From Octopus sinensis (Eukaryota), in assembly GCF_006345805.1 (NCBI RefSeq), contig NC_043019.1, positions 13,143,360 through 13,207,359 on the forward strand: a DNA stretch of 64,000 nucleotides, given 5' to 3'. Positions 12,871 through 24,823 of this stretch are shown in pieces. Position 1 is the first letter of the stretch. Every line of letters begins with the position of its first letter. Below the pieces are notes generated by a model. It saw only the letters and a list, made by a program, of their open reading frames with translations, did not search any database and was not told the DNA's origin. Both the position numbers and the translations under genes were made by a program.

Positions 12871-13306
12871 AATATAGAATAAGAAACCCCTATTATTGTT
12901 GAAAAAGACCTTAAATTTTTTGTGTATCTTTTAGCAATTCAAATGATGTTTATATCAATGGTGACACACTCCCATGAGGATATACACGAGTTAAAACAGG
13001 GAGATTTATGTTTTGTCTAAGTTTCCTTCACAGGAATTCCTTATTTTTACATTTTAGCAAATCGCAAACGTCTCACGAGATCCCAGATATACAGCGACAC
13101 TTTTTAAAAAAATATATTTTAACTCTTCTGCTTGCCTAAGTCATTGGACTGCGGCCATGCTGAGACCTCAGTACTTATTCTAATCAACCTTAATTACTTG
13201 TTTTTAAGGTCTGGTGATTATTCTGTTAGTCCCTTTTGCTAAGAGAAAAGGGACATGTGCAAACTAACTCCAGTTGTCCAACAATGGTGGGGGACAAACA
13301 CAACAC

Positions 13307-13346
<40 letters not shown>

Positions 13347-13986
13347 CCTCTTTCACTTTCCACCTACCAAATTCACTCAAAAAACTTTGGTCAACTTGAA
13401 GCTATTGTAGAAGATAGTTGCTTATGGTGTGACCCAGTAGGATTGAACCCAAGACTTATTAGTTGGGAATCAAGCATCTTAACCACACAGCCATGAATCT
13501 TTCAATTATGAATCTTTTCATTTTTAAGGTGAAAGAAAGTCCCCAAGATTTTTTCATCATTTGCCTTATTTGCCAGAACTCTGATTCCTTTCATTCAACA
13601 TAAGACTTGAGGTGATGGGTTTGGTCAGAGTGCTTGTTTTCTTTATTATATGCCATTTTTTGACATATTCTTACATGTATACATACATACGTGCATATAT
13701 ATATATATATATATATATAACATTAGAAAAAACCCACCTTTTATCAATTGAATTTTTCCCTGTAAGTTAGGAATAATATTCCCTCAAATAATTATTATAT
13801 ATCTATATCTATCTATCTATATGTATATATAGATATACACACACACATACATACATATGTATATATATGTAAGTGCGTTTGCATACATGTATGTATGTAT
13901 GTATCATGAGGTAGTGAGTTCGATTCCCAGACCAGGCTGTGTGTTGTGTTCTTGAGCAAGACACTTTATTTCATGTTGCTCCAGGC

Positions 13987-14025
<39 letters not shown>

Positions 14026-14467
14026 ACAGTAAGCAAACTTGCAAGTGGTGAGTGTATTGGTATTCTACAGGTTGGGAAGGCAGTTTAGGAAGTAGGGTAA
14101 ATACTCTTTCGAAGATGGGGCAAAAAGGGCCAGCAAAGCCTCTACAAGGAATCAGATCCTGCACCTCTCTAATTCCAGCTGAGCCCTCTCTACCATTAAG
14201 CTAAGAGACCCCTGTTTATATGACATATATAGTAACACAGTCTTGACCAGACCATCAGATGTTATTGCAAACCACTGGTCATAATGCTCACCCAATCCTG
14301 TCTTGATTGTGTCATTCTTTGCCATCTTGACCCCCCAAATCGCTTGACCACTCATCTCCCCATCATCATAGAGACCGTCCAAGTGGCCATTTCTGATCTC
14401 TTGGGTACCATTCGGCAACTGCATGGTTTCACCTGTTGCTTGTGAGCCCTGTGACATGTCTAGCCCC

Positions 14468-14567
14468 NNNNNNNNNNNNNNNNNNNNNNNNNNNNNNNNN
14501 NNNNNNNNNNNNNNNNNNNNNNNNNNNNNNNNNNNNNNNNNNNNNNNNNNNNNNNNNNNNNNNNNNN
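14468..14567. other. Assembly gap (100 N)
   Basis: Run of exactly 100 n. Confidence 1.
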
Positions 14568-14579
14568 CTCTCTGTCGTT

Positions 14580-15369
14580 CTTCCTACTCATAGACACTAC
14601 GCACACACACACACACTCTCATACTGTACGCACTCCTACACATTAACGTAAGCATGCACACATACATACAGATACACGCTTGTAGACATGTACACACACA
14701 CACACACACACACATGCATGAGCATGTGCACACGCAAGCATATTGCACATGATCATACGTACACATATGCACATACATAATTCTACACACACACACACAT
14801 ACACAAACACACACGCATGCTCTTTTGCATACACATACTCATACAAGCGTGTCACACCACACATATTGTCATACATACACATTCATACACACACACACAT
14901 ACTCATACAGGTGCATGCACTCACAATCATATATACATACACTTAGAGTCACACATACACACACGCTCAAACACACACATTCTCATACATGCGTGTGGCC
15001 CCCACACACAGTCATACATACACATATTCATACACACACTCAAACACACATACATACACAATTGTACGTACCTACCCCTACACACGTACATACTCAGTCA
15101 TGTGTACACGCACTTAAACGCAATCATACACACACACACACATGCATGCACTTACTTCTACATACATATACATTTGCCCCCAAACATACACTTACATTCA
15201 CACACACACACACGCATACTCATACAGGTACATCTACACACTTACGCACGCTCATGCCTCCACATATACACATACATTCATACACCCCACTTACACACAC
15301 ACATGCCTGCACATATACATACATTCACATCTAGACACACTTACGTACATACACATGCATACAGATAGT

Positions 15370-15410
<41 letters not shown>
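14580..15410. repeat. Degenerate (CA)n/(CATA)n array
   Basis: Directly visible. Confidence 0.9.
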
Positions 15411-15413
<3 letters not shown>

Positions 15414-16360
15414 CAGCAATTTTAGCAAAAATTCTTCCCCGTGTTTCCAGCCAACATCCGACTGTCACGTCTGCTTTGCTTTTCTTCTGATTTCTTCGGA
15501 TTAAATATTTGATTAGCTCAAAACTCCACACATACGAAACAGCCGTCACCTTTGTCATTCTGAGTGGCCTCCCTGGATTTCTGGTGCTCACAAAAAAAAA
15601 GCAAAAAAAAATAAAATTTAAAAAAAGCTAAAGAAGTCGCGAAAAAAAACCCCATGGGTGTGGCTGTGTGGTTGAAAAGCTTACTTTGCAAGACGTGATC
15701 TTGGGTTCAAACCCACTGTGCGGCTCCTTGTGCAAGTGTTTTTTTTTATAATAGCCATGGACTGAGCAATTCGGTAAATAGAAACTGTAAGGAAGCCATC
15801 AGGCGTGGCTGTATGGTAAGAGGTTTGCTTCTTACCACACAGCCACTCCTGTGTACATATATGTACATACATACACACACACACACACACATACACACAC
15901 ACATATATATATCTATATATCTACCTTCTCTATAATGTTGCCACTTGATATGAAAATTTTTGTATTAATGGAAAACCTCTATAATTGGCTGATGAGAACT
16001 CAGCATTTTAAAACTGTTGTATAACTTACAACATTTAATAAAATGATGTAGTATGAAACGATCGTACCAAATTACCGGAGTCATTCTTGTTGCTTCTTTT
16101 GATTATAATCACCCCAAGGATTTTTATGGATAACACCATACAGAATTCTGGTGCATCTAAATTAAGTACCATATTCATTTGAATCTAAATTTTTGCTGAA
16201 CTTATATATATATATATATAGGTAAACAGTAAAATTAATTACAGACATGGAGAAGAACATGAAATACCACAGAGACGACACAAGAACCACAGGACGGGAC
16301 ATTCAAAGCCCTCAGTCATCAGTCAAGAACCAGATCATCTTAGCAATTTCGGCTGATTAA

Positions 16361-16416
<56 letters not shown>

Positions 16417-17297
16417 TACACACACATATATATAGGTTGTTTAACATCGATGTATACACGTATTTGGTGGTGGCCAGCTTTTAAGTACCTTTGAGATTTA
16501 CCAGTTCACTCCATTCGGGAAATTCTTTGGAAGTGTCTGGTACAATAGTTGTTAGTTGAAGTGATCAACAGCACATCAGAAAGGTAATCAGGTTCCGCTA
16601 ATAGCTCTTCAATCACTAGCTGTTCCAACCTAGTGGACATAGCAACAGCAGCAGCAGCTGTAGTAGTAGTAGTAGTAGTAGTGGTAGTAGTAGTAGTCAA
16701 GTTTGATTGAGCACACTTAAAGATCAAAGGCAATCCAGCTGTTGACCATCCCTTCCTTTATTGAAGTTATCATCGTAACACTACATTACCTGATGTGTCC
16801 CTTTGCTTTTTTTTTTTTTTTTGGTGTGTGTTTGTAATGTTTCCATGGAAACGTGATTTGAAGGAGAGAGAAAGAGAGAAAGATTTGACTGTTGTTTCTT
16901 GCAGATCAAGGAACCATGTAGAAACTGCACTATTGGGTTTGGAGGATTAGTGTAATCTTAATGTTAATTGTTTTTATTTTTGTGTTTTATCAAGTGACAT
17001 GTGAGGGGAAACAGAAACTCTGTGTTTATATATGTGTATATATGCCCGTGTCTGTGTGTGTGCACGTATATATATATATAATATATATATATATGTGTGT
17101 GTATTCTCTTGGTATTCTCTTACTTTATTCGAGCCGATTGACCCGGGACTTATTCTTCGTAAGCCTAGTACTTATTCTATCGGTGACTTTTGGCAAACCG
17201 CTAAGTTACGGAGTCATAAACACACCAAGCGATGGTGGGGGGACAAACACAGACACACAAATACATACATACATATATATGAATATATATATATATA

Positions 17298-17534
17298 TTG
17301 GGTTGGTGCATAATTATTGCAGTTTTTTTTTTTTCAACAAAATTTTATTCAGCAAAAACATCTTTAAATGATTATTCTGGAGCATATTCACCATCTACTT
17401 CAATTGCTGCTTCCCATTTGCTTGGCAGACGGTCAGACCATCATTTAAAGATGTTTTTGTTAAATATCGTTATTGTTTTTGTTGAATAAAATTTGTTAAA
17501 AAAAAAAGGCTGCAATAATTATGCTCCAGCCCAA
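17298..17534 (-). mobile_element. mariner-derived MITE retaining the transposase C-terminus
   Basis: TIRs ttgggttggtgcataattattgcag / ctgcaataattatgctccagcccaa with TA flanks; minus strand encodes DRLPSKWEAAIEVDGEYAPE-stop. Confidence 0.8.
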
Positions 17535-18434
17535 TATATGATTATATATATATAGATGTATACATTGGGCTTCTTTTAGTTTCCATCTACCAAATCCACT
17601 CACAAGGCTTTGGTCGGCCTGAAGCTATAGTTGAAGACACTTGCCCAAGTTGCCATGCAGTGGAACTGAACCCGGAACCATGTGGTTAGGAAGCAAGCTT
17701 CATATCACACAGCCACTCCTGCACCTAATATGTATATTCATTTGTTTGTATATGTCTATGTGTTACATATATATATATATATATATAGGAGGTAACAAGC
17801 AATTTAAACTCTCTAAACAACTCGATACACTTGTTGTTGTTGTTGTTGTTAGTCTTTTGTTTTCAGTTCTTCCATTATTTTTCTAATTTTTGTTGCTGTT
17901 GTAAAAGAGCAATATTTCTTTTTACATCACAATTATCTTCTTTTGTATTCATCCTCTTAGTTTTTGTTGTTTAATGTTTTATATATCTATTTATTCATAT
18001 TTTCACATATATACATCCATATATAGATATCTGTTTTTACATATACACACTTATATATATATGTTTATTTATTTTCATAATTTTATGTATCTGCGTCTGT
18101 TCATAATTCTTTTCTTTTCTTTTTTTTATCTCTTTTTAGGTGAGTTCACGTTATTACATCTCTTCTTTATTCACTCTTACAACCTCGACTCCAACCACGA
18201 CGACCACCACCAACAGCAACAACATTTACACCCACCACACCACCTCTTTTATTATCATACCGTGACCGGAAAATTGGATTTCTGCCGTTCTGTCTTGTTC
18301 TGCTCCCATGATGCAATTTTACCAAAGAAAAACAAAAAAAAGAATTCCATATATTATTATTTTTATTATTATTATTATTATTATTGTGTTTTTTTGTTTA
18401 ATTTTATTGTTCCAATATGGTGAGCTTCGGTGAG

Positions 18435-18609
18435 TTATAAATGAATATTTTTCTGAGGGTTCCTCGGTGCATTTCGCATTTTGCATTCCGCATCACCGAG
18501 ATCTTCATACAGATTCTCTCCCTCCTGCTTCTCAGAATATCTGGCCTGGTCGGGGGGCACTGGGTTGCAGGATAATGATTTCTTGATTAGGCATGAAGTT
18601 TTTGGTGCT
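18435..18609 (-). CDS. Candidate terminal coding exon of an unidentified gene (contains ENLYEDL)
   Basis: About 70-nt pyrimidine tract + TAG acceptor, one open frame PKTSCLIKKSLSCNPVPPDQARYSEKQEGENLYEDLGDAECKMRNAPRNPQKNIHL-stop, AATAAA about 27 nt after the stop; no upstream exon found. Confidence 0.35.
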
Positions 18610-18864
18610 ATAAAGGGGTTAAGTAAAGAAAAAAAGAAAAAAGTAAAAAATGAATAAAAAAACGGAGAAAGAAACGCACACGATAAAAACGTATACAAAG
18701 GGTAATTAATGAAGAATTAGATATTAGCATGGTCCTTTAGTGCTTTCTTAAGGGCATTAACCGAAAACTAACCAACTATATAGCAATAATTTGTGAGATA
18801 ACTACAGCTTTTGATTGGTTGTTTGTTGTACGAATAGAATATCAGTCTGTGTTGATACATCACT

Positions 18865-19271
18865 CTCTTTTACTCTTCTACTTGTTTCAGTCATTTGACT
18901 GTGGCCATGCTGGAGCACTGCCTTTAGTCGAGCACATCGGCCCCCAGGACTTATTCTTTGTAAGCCCAGTACTTATTCTGTCGGTCTCTTTTGCCGAACT
19001 GCTATGTTATGAGGATGTAAACACACCATCATCGTTTGTCAAGCGATGTTGGGGGGACAAACACAGACACACAAACATATACGCACATACACATGCATAT
19101 ATATACATATATACGACGGGCTTCTTTCAGTTTCTGTCTACCAAATCCACCCACAAGGCTTTGGTTGGCCCGAGGTTATAGTAGAAGACAATTGCCCAAG
19201 GTGCCACACGGTGGGACTGAACCCGGAACCATGTGGTTGGGAAACAAGCTTATTACCACACAGCCACTCCT
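18865..19271 (-). mobile_element. Composite CORE-like tRNA SINE
   Basis: Reverse complement of the 22181-22563 family. Confidence 0.8.
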
Positions 19272-19685
19272 ATGCCTACTCGTTGTTAATGATATTATAA
19301 CAGATTTTTTAGTTTGGTCGTTTTACACCGAAAGTTCTGTTAGTGGTGATGGTGGTTTCGGGGTGTGTTAATAATAATGGTAATAGTAATAAAAAACTGA
19401 TCATGCTAACTGGAATGATGTTTCTCGGCGATGTAGTCTCAAGTTCAATCCTGATCTGCAGCACCTTGGGGTTAAGTGCGTTCTGCCATAGACCTGGCCT
19501 GACAAAAGTCTTGTGTCTGGATTTATTTGGGGGACAGAAACTAAAAGAAGGTCATCGTGGATTCTTCTTTGTTCTTCTATTTGTTGCAGTCAGTTGACTG
19601 TTTAGTTTGCGTATTTCATGTTGTTTACTGTTGGTGATGTCCTGTACCCATATATGCACATATATATATATTATTTAAATTATTA

Positions 19686-20400
19686 TTATGTGATTGAACA
19701 CCACGCACCGATTTCCAATTTATTCAATACAATCACATTGGCTTCAACCATGGCCTCCAGACGACTTTGGAATCTCCTGCAACTCTTCTGGATGGTCTTC
19801 TTGTTTATGTTGGTGAATGCTGCCATAATCCTTGCCTTTAGTACGTCTTTGGTGTTCCAAGGAGTTTTGTTGATCTCTTGTTCAATTGTACCCCACACAT
19901 AATAATCAAGGGGATAGCAGTCTGGGGAGTTAGGCGACCAGTTGTTAGGGGTTATGAGCTCACAGAAATTGTCAGGGTTCTCCTACATGTGTGGCATGGT
20001 GCAGAGTCCTGTTGTCAGGCACAGGGTGTTCCAGCAGCCACCTTCTTGACCCAGGGCAGCGCAACCTCTTCCAGGCACTTGATGTAGCCCTCCATGTTGA
20101 GTGTGAGGCCATGTGGGAAGATGAATGGAAGCATAACATCGCCATCACCTGTGATCACTCCAAAGGCCATGATGTTGACTGGATGTTTGATTTTTATCTC
20201 TCTTGGTACATGTCCTTATTTGAGCTTCAAGTGCGAATGCCAAGCAGTGCAGCATGTCGTTACCAAATTTCTGGCCGAGTGAATTGCGTCATAGTGCTGT
20301 TTTTCTTGCAGAGGTGCCCAACTGTGCCTACTATACTGTGCAGTCAACAAAATAAAAAAATAAACATTGCACATGCATGAAATAAAAAATATAATAAAAT
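19686..20400 (-). mobile_element. Tc1/mariner transposase remnant (C-terminal DDD region)
   Basis: MWGTIEQEINKTPWNTKDVLKARIMAAFTNINKKTIQKSCRRFQSRLEAMVEAN, preceded by a frameshifted PNSPD-YPLDYY-like motif. Confidence 0.8.
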
Positions 20401-20419
20401 GGCAACAATTTACCTATTT

Positions 20420-20990
20420 CATTATTACCCACAAGGGACTAAACACAGAGGGGACAAACAAGGACAGACATAGGTATTAAGTCGATTACATTGACCCCAG
20501 TGCGTAACTGGTACTTAATTTATCGACCCCGAAAGGATGAAAGGCAAAGTCGACCTCGGCGGAATTTGAACTCACAACGTAATGCAGACGAAATACCGCT
20601 AAGCATTTCACCCGGCGTGCTAACGTTTCTGCCAGCTCGCCGCCTTGGCAACAATTTACCATCACATCCCGTACATGTGTGTGTGTGTGTCAATTAAATC
20701 GACCCCAGTATGTGACTGGTACTTAATTTATCGACCCCTGAAGGGATGAAAGGCAAAGTCGACCTCGGTGGAATTTGAACTCAGAACATAACGGCAGACA
20801 AAATACCTATTTCTTTTATTACCCACAAGGGGGCTAAACACAGAGAGGACAAACAAGGACAGACATAGGTATTAAGTCGATTACATCGACCCCAGTTCGT
20901 AACTGGTACTTAATTTATCGACCCCGAAAGGATGAAAGGCAAAATACCGCTAAGCATTTCACCTGAGGATGCTAACGTTTCTGCCAGCTC
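20420..20990 (-). mobile_element. Cluster of three Nin/Deu-domain-like SINE copies
   Basis: Three repeats of ggtacttaatttatcgacccc...ggatgaaaggcaaa; family core gcctttcatcctttcggggtcgataaattaagtaccag. Confidence 0.75.
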
Positions 20991-22180
20991 ATTGCTTTGT
21001 CCTAAAAGTATATTGTGCATAACCATGCCGGTCATGTAAAGTGCTTGGACGCATGTGCCCGCACGCATGCATGCACACACAGCCGGTCATGTAAAACACT
21101 TGCGCGCATGCGCACATGCCCACATACATACATATACACACACACACACACTCTTTAAATAAATAAGCCAACCATGTGAAATATTAGTAGCTCCCCCCCC
21201 ACCCCACCAACCTAGTATTTTGCTGAACTAAATAACCTACGGTGGAATGACTTGGAGCTTTAAGTACCTCTGTTAATATTTGTGGTAGCGGTGGTGGTGG
21301 TGGCGGTGGTAAATGGGTGGTGTTGTGGGGGCTGGTTTAGGGGTGGTGGTGGTGTTGATGGTGGAGAAGGAGGTGGTGTAGTGATTGGTGGTGGTGTCGG
21401 GGGGGGATGATTTGGTGGTGGTGGTGGTACTTTTATGAAGGTGAAGAGGTGCGTCATGATTTGTGTTATGGTGGTCATAGGGGATGAAAGGAGTGGGGAT
21501 GGTGGTGGTGTGTTGGTGGTAGTGTTAGTTGTAGTGGTAGCAATGTTGGTGACAGTGGTGGTGGTGATGTCGATGCTGGTGATGTTGTTGGTGGTAGTGG
21601 TGGTGTCGATGGTGGTAATATTGTTGTTGTTGGTGGTGGTAGCAGCAGCAGCAGCAGTAGTGGTAGTGTTGCCAGTGGTGGTGGTGGTGATGGCAAATGG
21701 AGATTAGAATGATAAGACGCCACCCTGTGCTACTTGAAAGACTCTAAGAAAGCTCTTTTTGGGAAGGAAGCAATTTTAGGTGGAGCCTAGGAGTGTTGCG
21801 TGGTGGTGGTCGTGGTGGGGGTCACAGATCTGATAGTTGATATCTAATCTAACAGAAGTTGAGAGTATCAGTGACTGACTGACTGGATAAGGGTTGGGCT
21901 GGGAAATCCCTTCTGATTACCTTATCACTTATTTATACCTTGCCTGTATCCTACACATACAAACACACACATACACCTATATGTAATTACTGATTACAAG
22001 GGGGTACTGAAAGGTTTTTGGCTTTAAGGGTATGGTGAAAGGCCTGGCTGGAGGCTCAACCTTCCAAATTCTTTTACAGGGTTTAGGGAAACTGAAGGAC
22101 TGCTGTGATAATATGTGTGAATCTGGGGAAGGAATATGTTGAATAAAATCATAATTAACTGATCCTCCTGAATTTTCTTA

Positions 22181-22563
22181 GGAGTGGCTGTGTGGTAAGT
22201 AGCTTGCTAACCAACCACATGGTTCCGGGTTCAGTCCCACTGCGTGGCATCTTGGGCAAGTGTCTTCTGCTATAGCTTCGGGCCGACCAAGGCCTTGTGA
22301 GTGGATTTGGTAGACGGAAACTGAAAGAAGCCTGTCGTATATATGTATATATATATGTGTGTGTATGTGTTTGTGTGTCTGTGTTTGTCCCCCTAGCATT
22401 GCTTGACAACCAATGCTGGTGTGTTTACGTCCCCATTCGGCAAAAGAGACCAATAGAATAAGTACTGGGCTTACAAAGAATAAGTCCTGGGGTCGATTTG
22501 CTCGACTAAAAGGCAGTGCTCCAGCATGGCCGCAGTCAAATGACTGAAACAAGTAAAAGAGTA
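22181..22563 (+). mobile_element. Full composite CORE-like tRNA SINE (reference copy)
   Basis: tRNA-like head with B-box-like ggttcagtccc, CORE-like cttgggcaagtg, TA/TG tract, 3' module ending aatgactgaaacaagtaaaaga; many partial copies across the window. Confidence 0.85.
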
Positions 22564-22620
22564 TATATAAATATATATACACACACACAATAGGGTGCTG
22601 AAAATTTCGTGGCTTTGGGT

Positions 22621-22852
22621 AAAGGCAGCGAGCTGGCAGAAACGTTAGCACGCCGGGCGAAATACTTAGTGGTATTTCGTCTGCCGCTACGTTCTGAGTT
22701 CGAATTCTGCCAAAGTCGACTTTGCCTTTCATCCTTTCAGGGTCGATTAAATAAGTACCAGTTACGCACTGTGGGGGGTGATATAATCAACTTAATTCAT
22801 TTGTTTGTCTTTGTTTGTCCTCTCCGTGTTTAGCCCCTTGTGGGTAGTAAAA
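22621..22852 (+). mobile_element. Full Nin/Deu-domain-like SINE (reference copy)
   Basis: aaggcagcgagctggcagaaacgttagc...gcctttcatcctttcagggtcg...tagccccttgtgggtag; other copies near 8790, 8990, 12130, 25200, 26718, 33190, 35040, 35345, 44900, 48280, 50866, 60555, 62470 and 62935. Confidence 0.8.
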
Positions 22853-24462
22853 TATATATATATATATATTATATATATTCTTTGTAAGTCTAGTACTTAT
22901 TGTATCAGTCACTTTTGCCAAACCGATAAGTTACAGGGGTTCTGTCTAACAGATCTACTCACAAGGCTTTGGATGGCCCAAGGCTATAGCAAAAGACACT
23001 TGCTCAAGTTGCCACGCAGTGGGACTGAACCTGGAACCATGTGGTTGGGAAGCAAGCTTCTTACCACACAGCCACACCTGTGCCTAATGTTCACATTGTG
23101 TATATATATGTATGTGTGTGCGTGCATGTGAGTGTACGTGTGTATGTCTTTCAGCATCAGTATGTCAACAACATCAGTGTTGTTGAGTGGTCTTTGTTTT
23201 TTGTTAGGGTGATGGAGTCTCTGGAATGTGACCTCTGTTATGGCCTGAGAGTCAACATGGAAGCTGTGGATGCCTTATATAACATTGTATCTTCTCTAAT
23301 GCAAGACTCCCTTTTTCTGTCCCTCTGTCATACTTTAGCCCCTCATCAACAGGTAGAAAGCCATCTCTCTCAATATTACACGCCTCTCATTTGCAGGGTC
23401 TTGTCTCGCAAGTCACTTGGTGACCTCACTGGTGCTGGTGCCACAAAACTAATTAGATAAATAGAAACCACCCAGTACACTATGCTATGTGAAGTGGTTG
23501 GCGTTTAGAAGGAAGTGCAACCTTGGAAACCATTCCAAGGTAGATGTTGGAGCTTGGTGCAGGTTATTTTGGTGCATCAGATCTTCTCAAACTGCCCATG
23601 CCAGCATTGAAAGCCATGCCAAGGGAGATATTGGAGCTTGGTGCAGTCTTTGACTCATTAGGTCCTTTTAAGCTGGCCAACCCATGCTAGCATAGACAGC
23701 GGACATTAAATGATGACGATGATGTATATGTGATTTCTGCTTTTCTACGATGATGTCTGGTTGTAGAACTTTGTCGGTGAATATCTACTCTTATGTTCTG
23801 CAGTTGGTCTAATGGACAATTTGTTTTAATGACAACTCGTGTGGAAAACTGTTCAGTCACTGGAAAAAAAGAAAAGAAAAAAAAGAAAGCAAACAAAACC
23901 ACAGCGACGGTGACGTCGACGACGATAATGATAACGAGCGCTTCCTGCTTTCTGTACATCTAGGCAACGATAGAAACCAATTAGCAACTACACAGGTGAG
24001 CACATCAGTAGTCGGTTGACTTTTGTCAAGTGGGAATAAAATATTTTCAAGTACCTCGCTGAAGTTTTCCTCTTGTCCCTCCAGTGTCGAGATAAATTAG
24101 TCGATTTCTTCTCTTGGTTGCACTCAAAAACTACCTGCATCTCTCAGGATGGCTGTTGTTCTGTAGAGACTTCTGCTTCGCTAAGCTTTCATCGCTCTCT
24201 CGCTTTCATTCTTTCTCGCTTTCTCCCTAACCCCCCCCATCTATCTATACCTCCCATTCTGTCTCTCCCTGCTGCCCTCACCTTTATGTGCGGTGTTGGT
24301 GTAGACGAGTGCGCTTGGTCTCTGTATAGTTCAGCTTGTCGTTGTATTATCTCTTCGAACACGGTAAAGCGATCGCTTTACAGGTGTTCAGTTTGGTTTG
24401 CAAGTTGCAAGTTGGTGCATGTACCTTGGTAGTTGATTAATAATGCAAATAGTTGTTGATGT

Positions 24463-24823
24463 GTTACCTAAATAAATAATGAACAGGTAAATAAATAATG
24501 TGTCCAGCGTTACCTAAATAAATAATGAATTGGTCAATAAATAAAGTGTCCGGCGTTACCTAAATAAATAATGGACAGGTAAATAAATAATGTGTCCAGC
24601 GTTACCTAAAGAAATAATGGACAGGTAAATAAATAATGTGTCCAGCGTTACCTAAATAAATAATGAACAGGTAAATAAAGAAAGGGTCCGGCGTTACCTA
24701 AATAAATAATGGACAGGTAAATAAATAAAGTGTCCAGCGTTACTTAAATAAATAATGGACAGGTAAATAAAGTTACCAGTGTTACCTAAATAAATAATGG
24801 ACAGGTAAATAAATAAAGTGACC
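24463..24823. repeat. 46-bp minisatellite, 8 units
   Basis: Consensus gttacctaaataaataatggacaggtaaataaataatgtgtccagc; units start at 24463, 24509, 24555, 24601, 24647, 24693, 24739 and 24781. Confidence 0.95.

Noticed and set aside
16221-16362. TA-flanked element with CTGATGA...GAAT GTC on the minus strand
   Set aside because: No stem I or II pairing and GAAT instead of GAAA; probably a repeat but not supportable as a ribozyme
23687-23959. Minus-strand ORF with a TM-like stretch, or an acceptor at 23860 with about 55 open codons
   Set aside because: The hydrophobic run is a poly-T tract, the frame runs into an RTE tail, and no good in-phase donor is present
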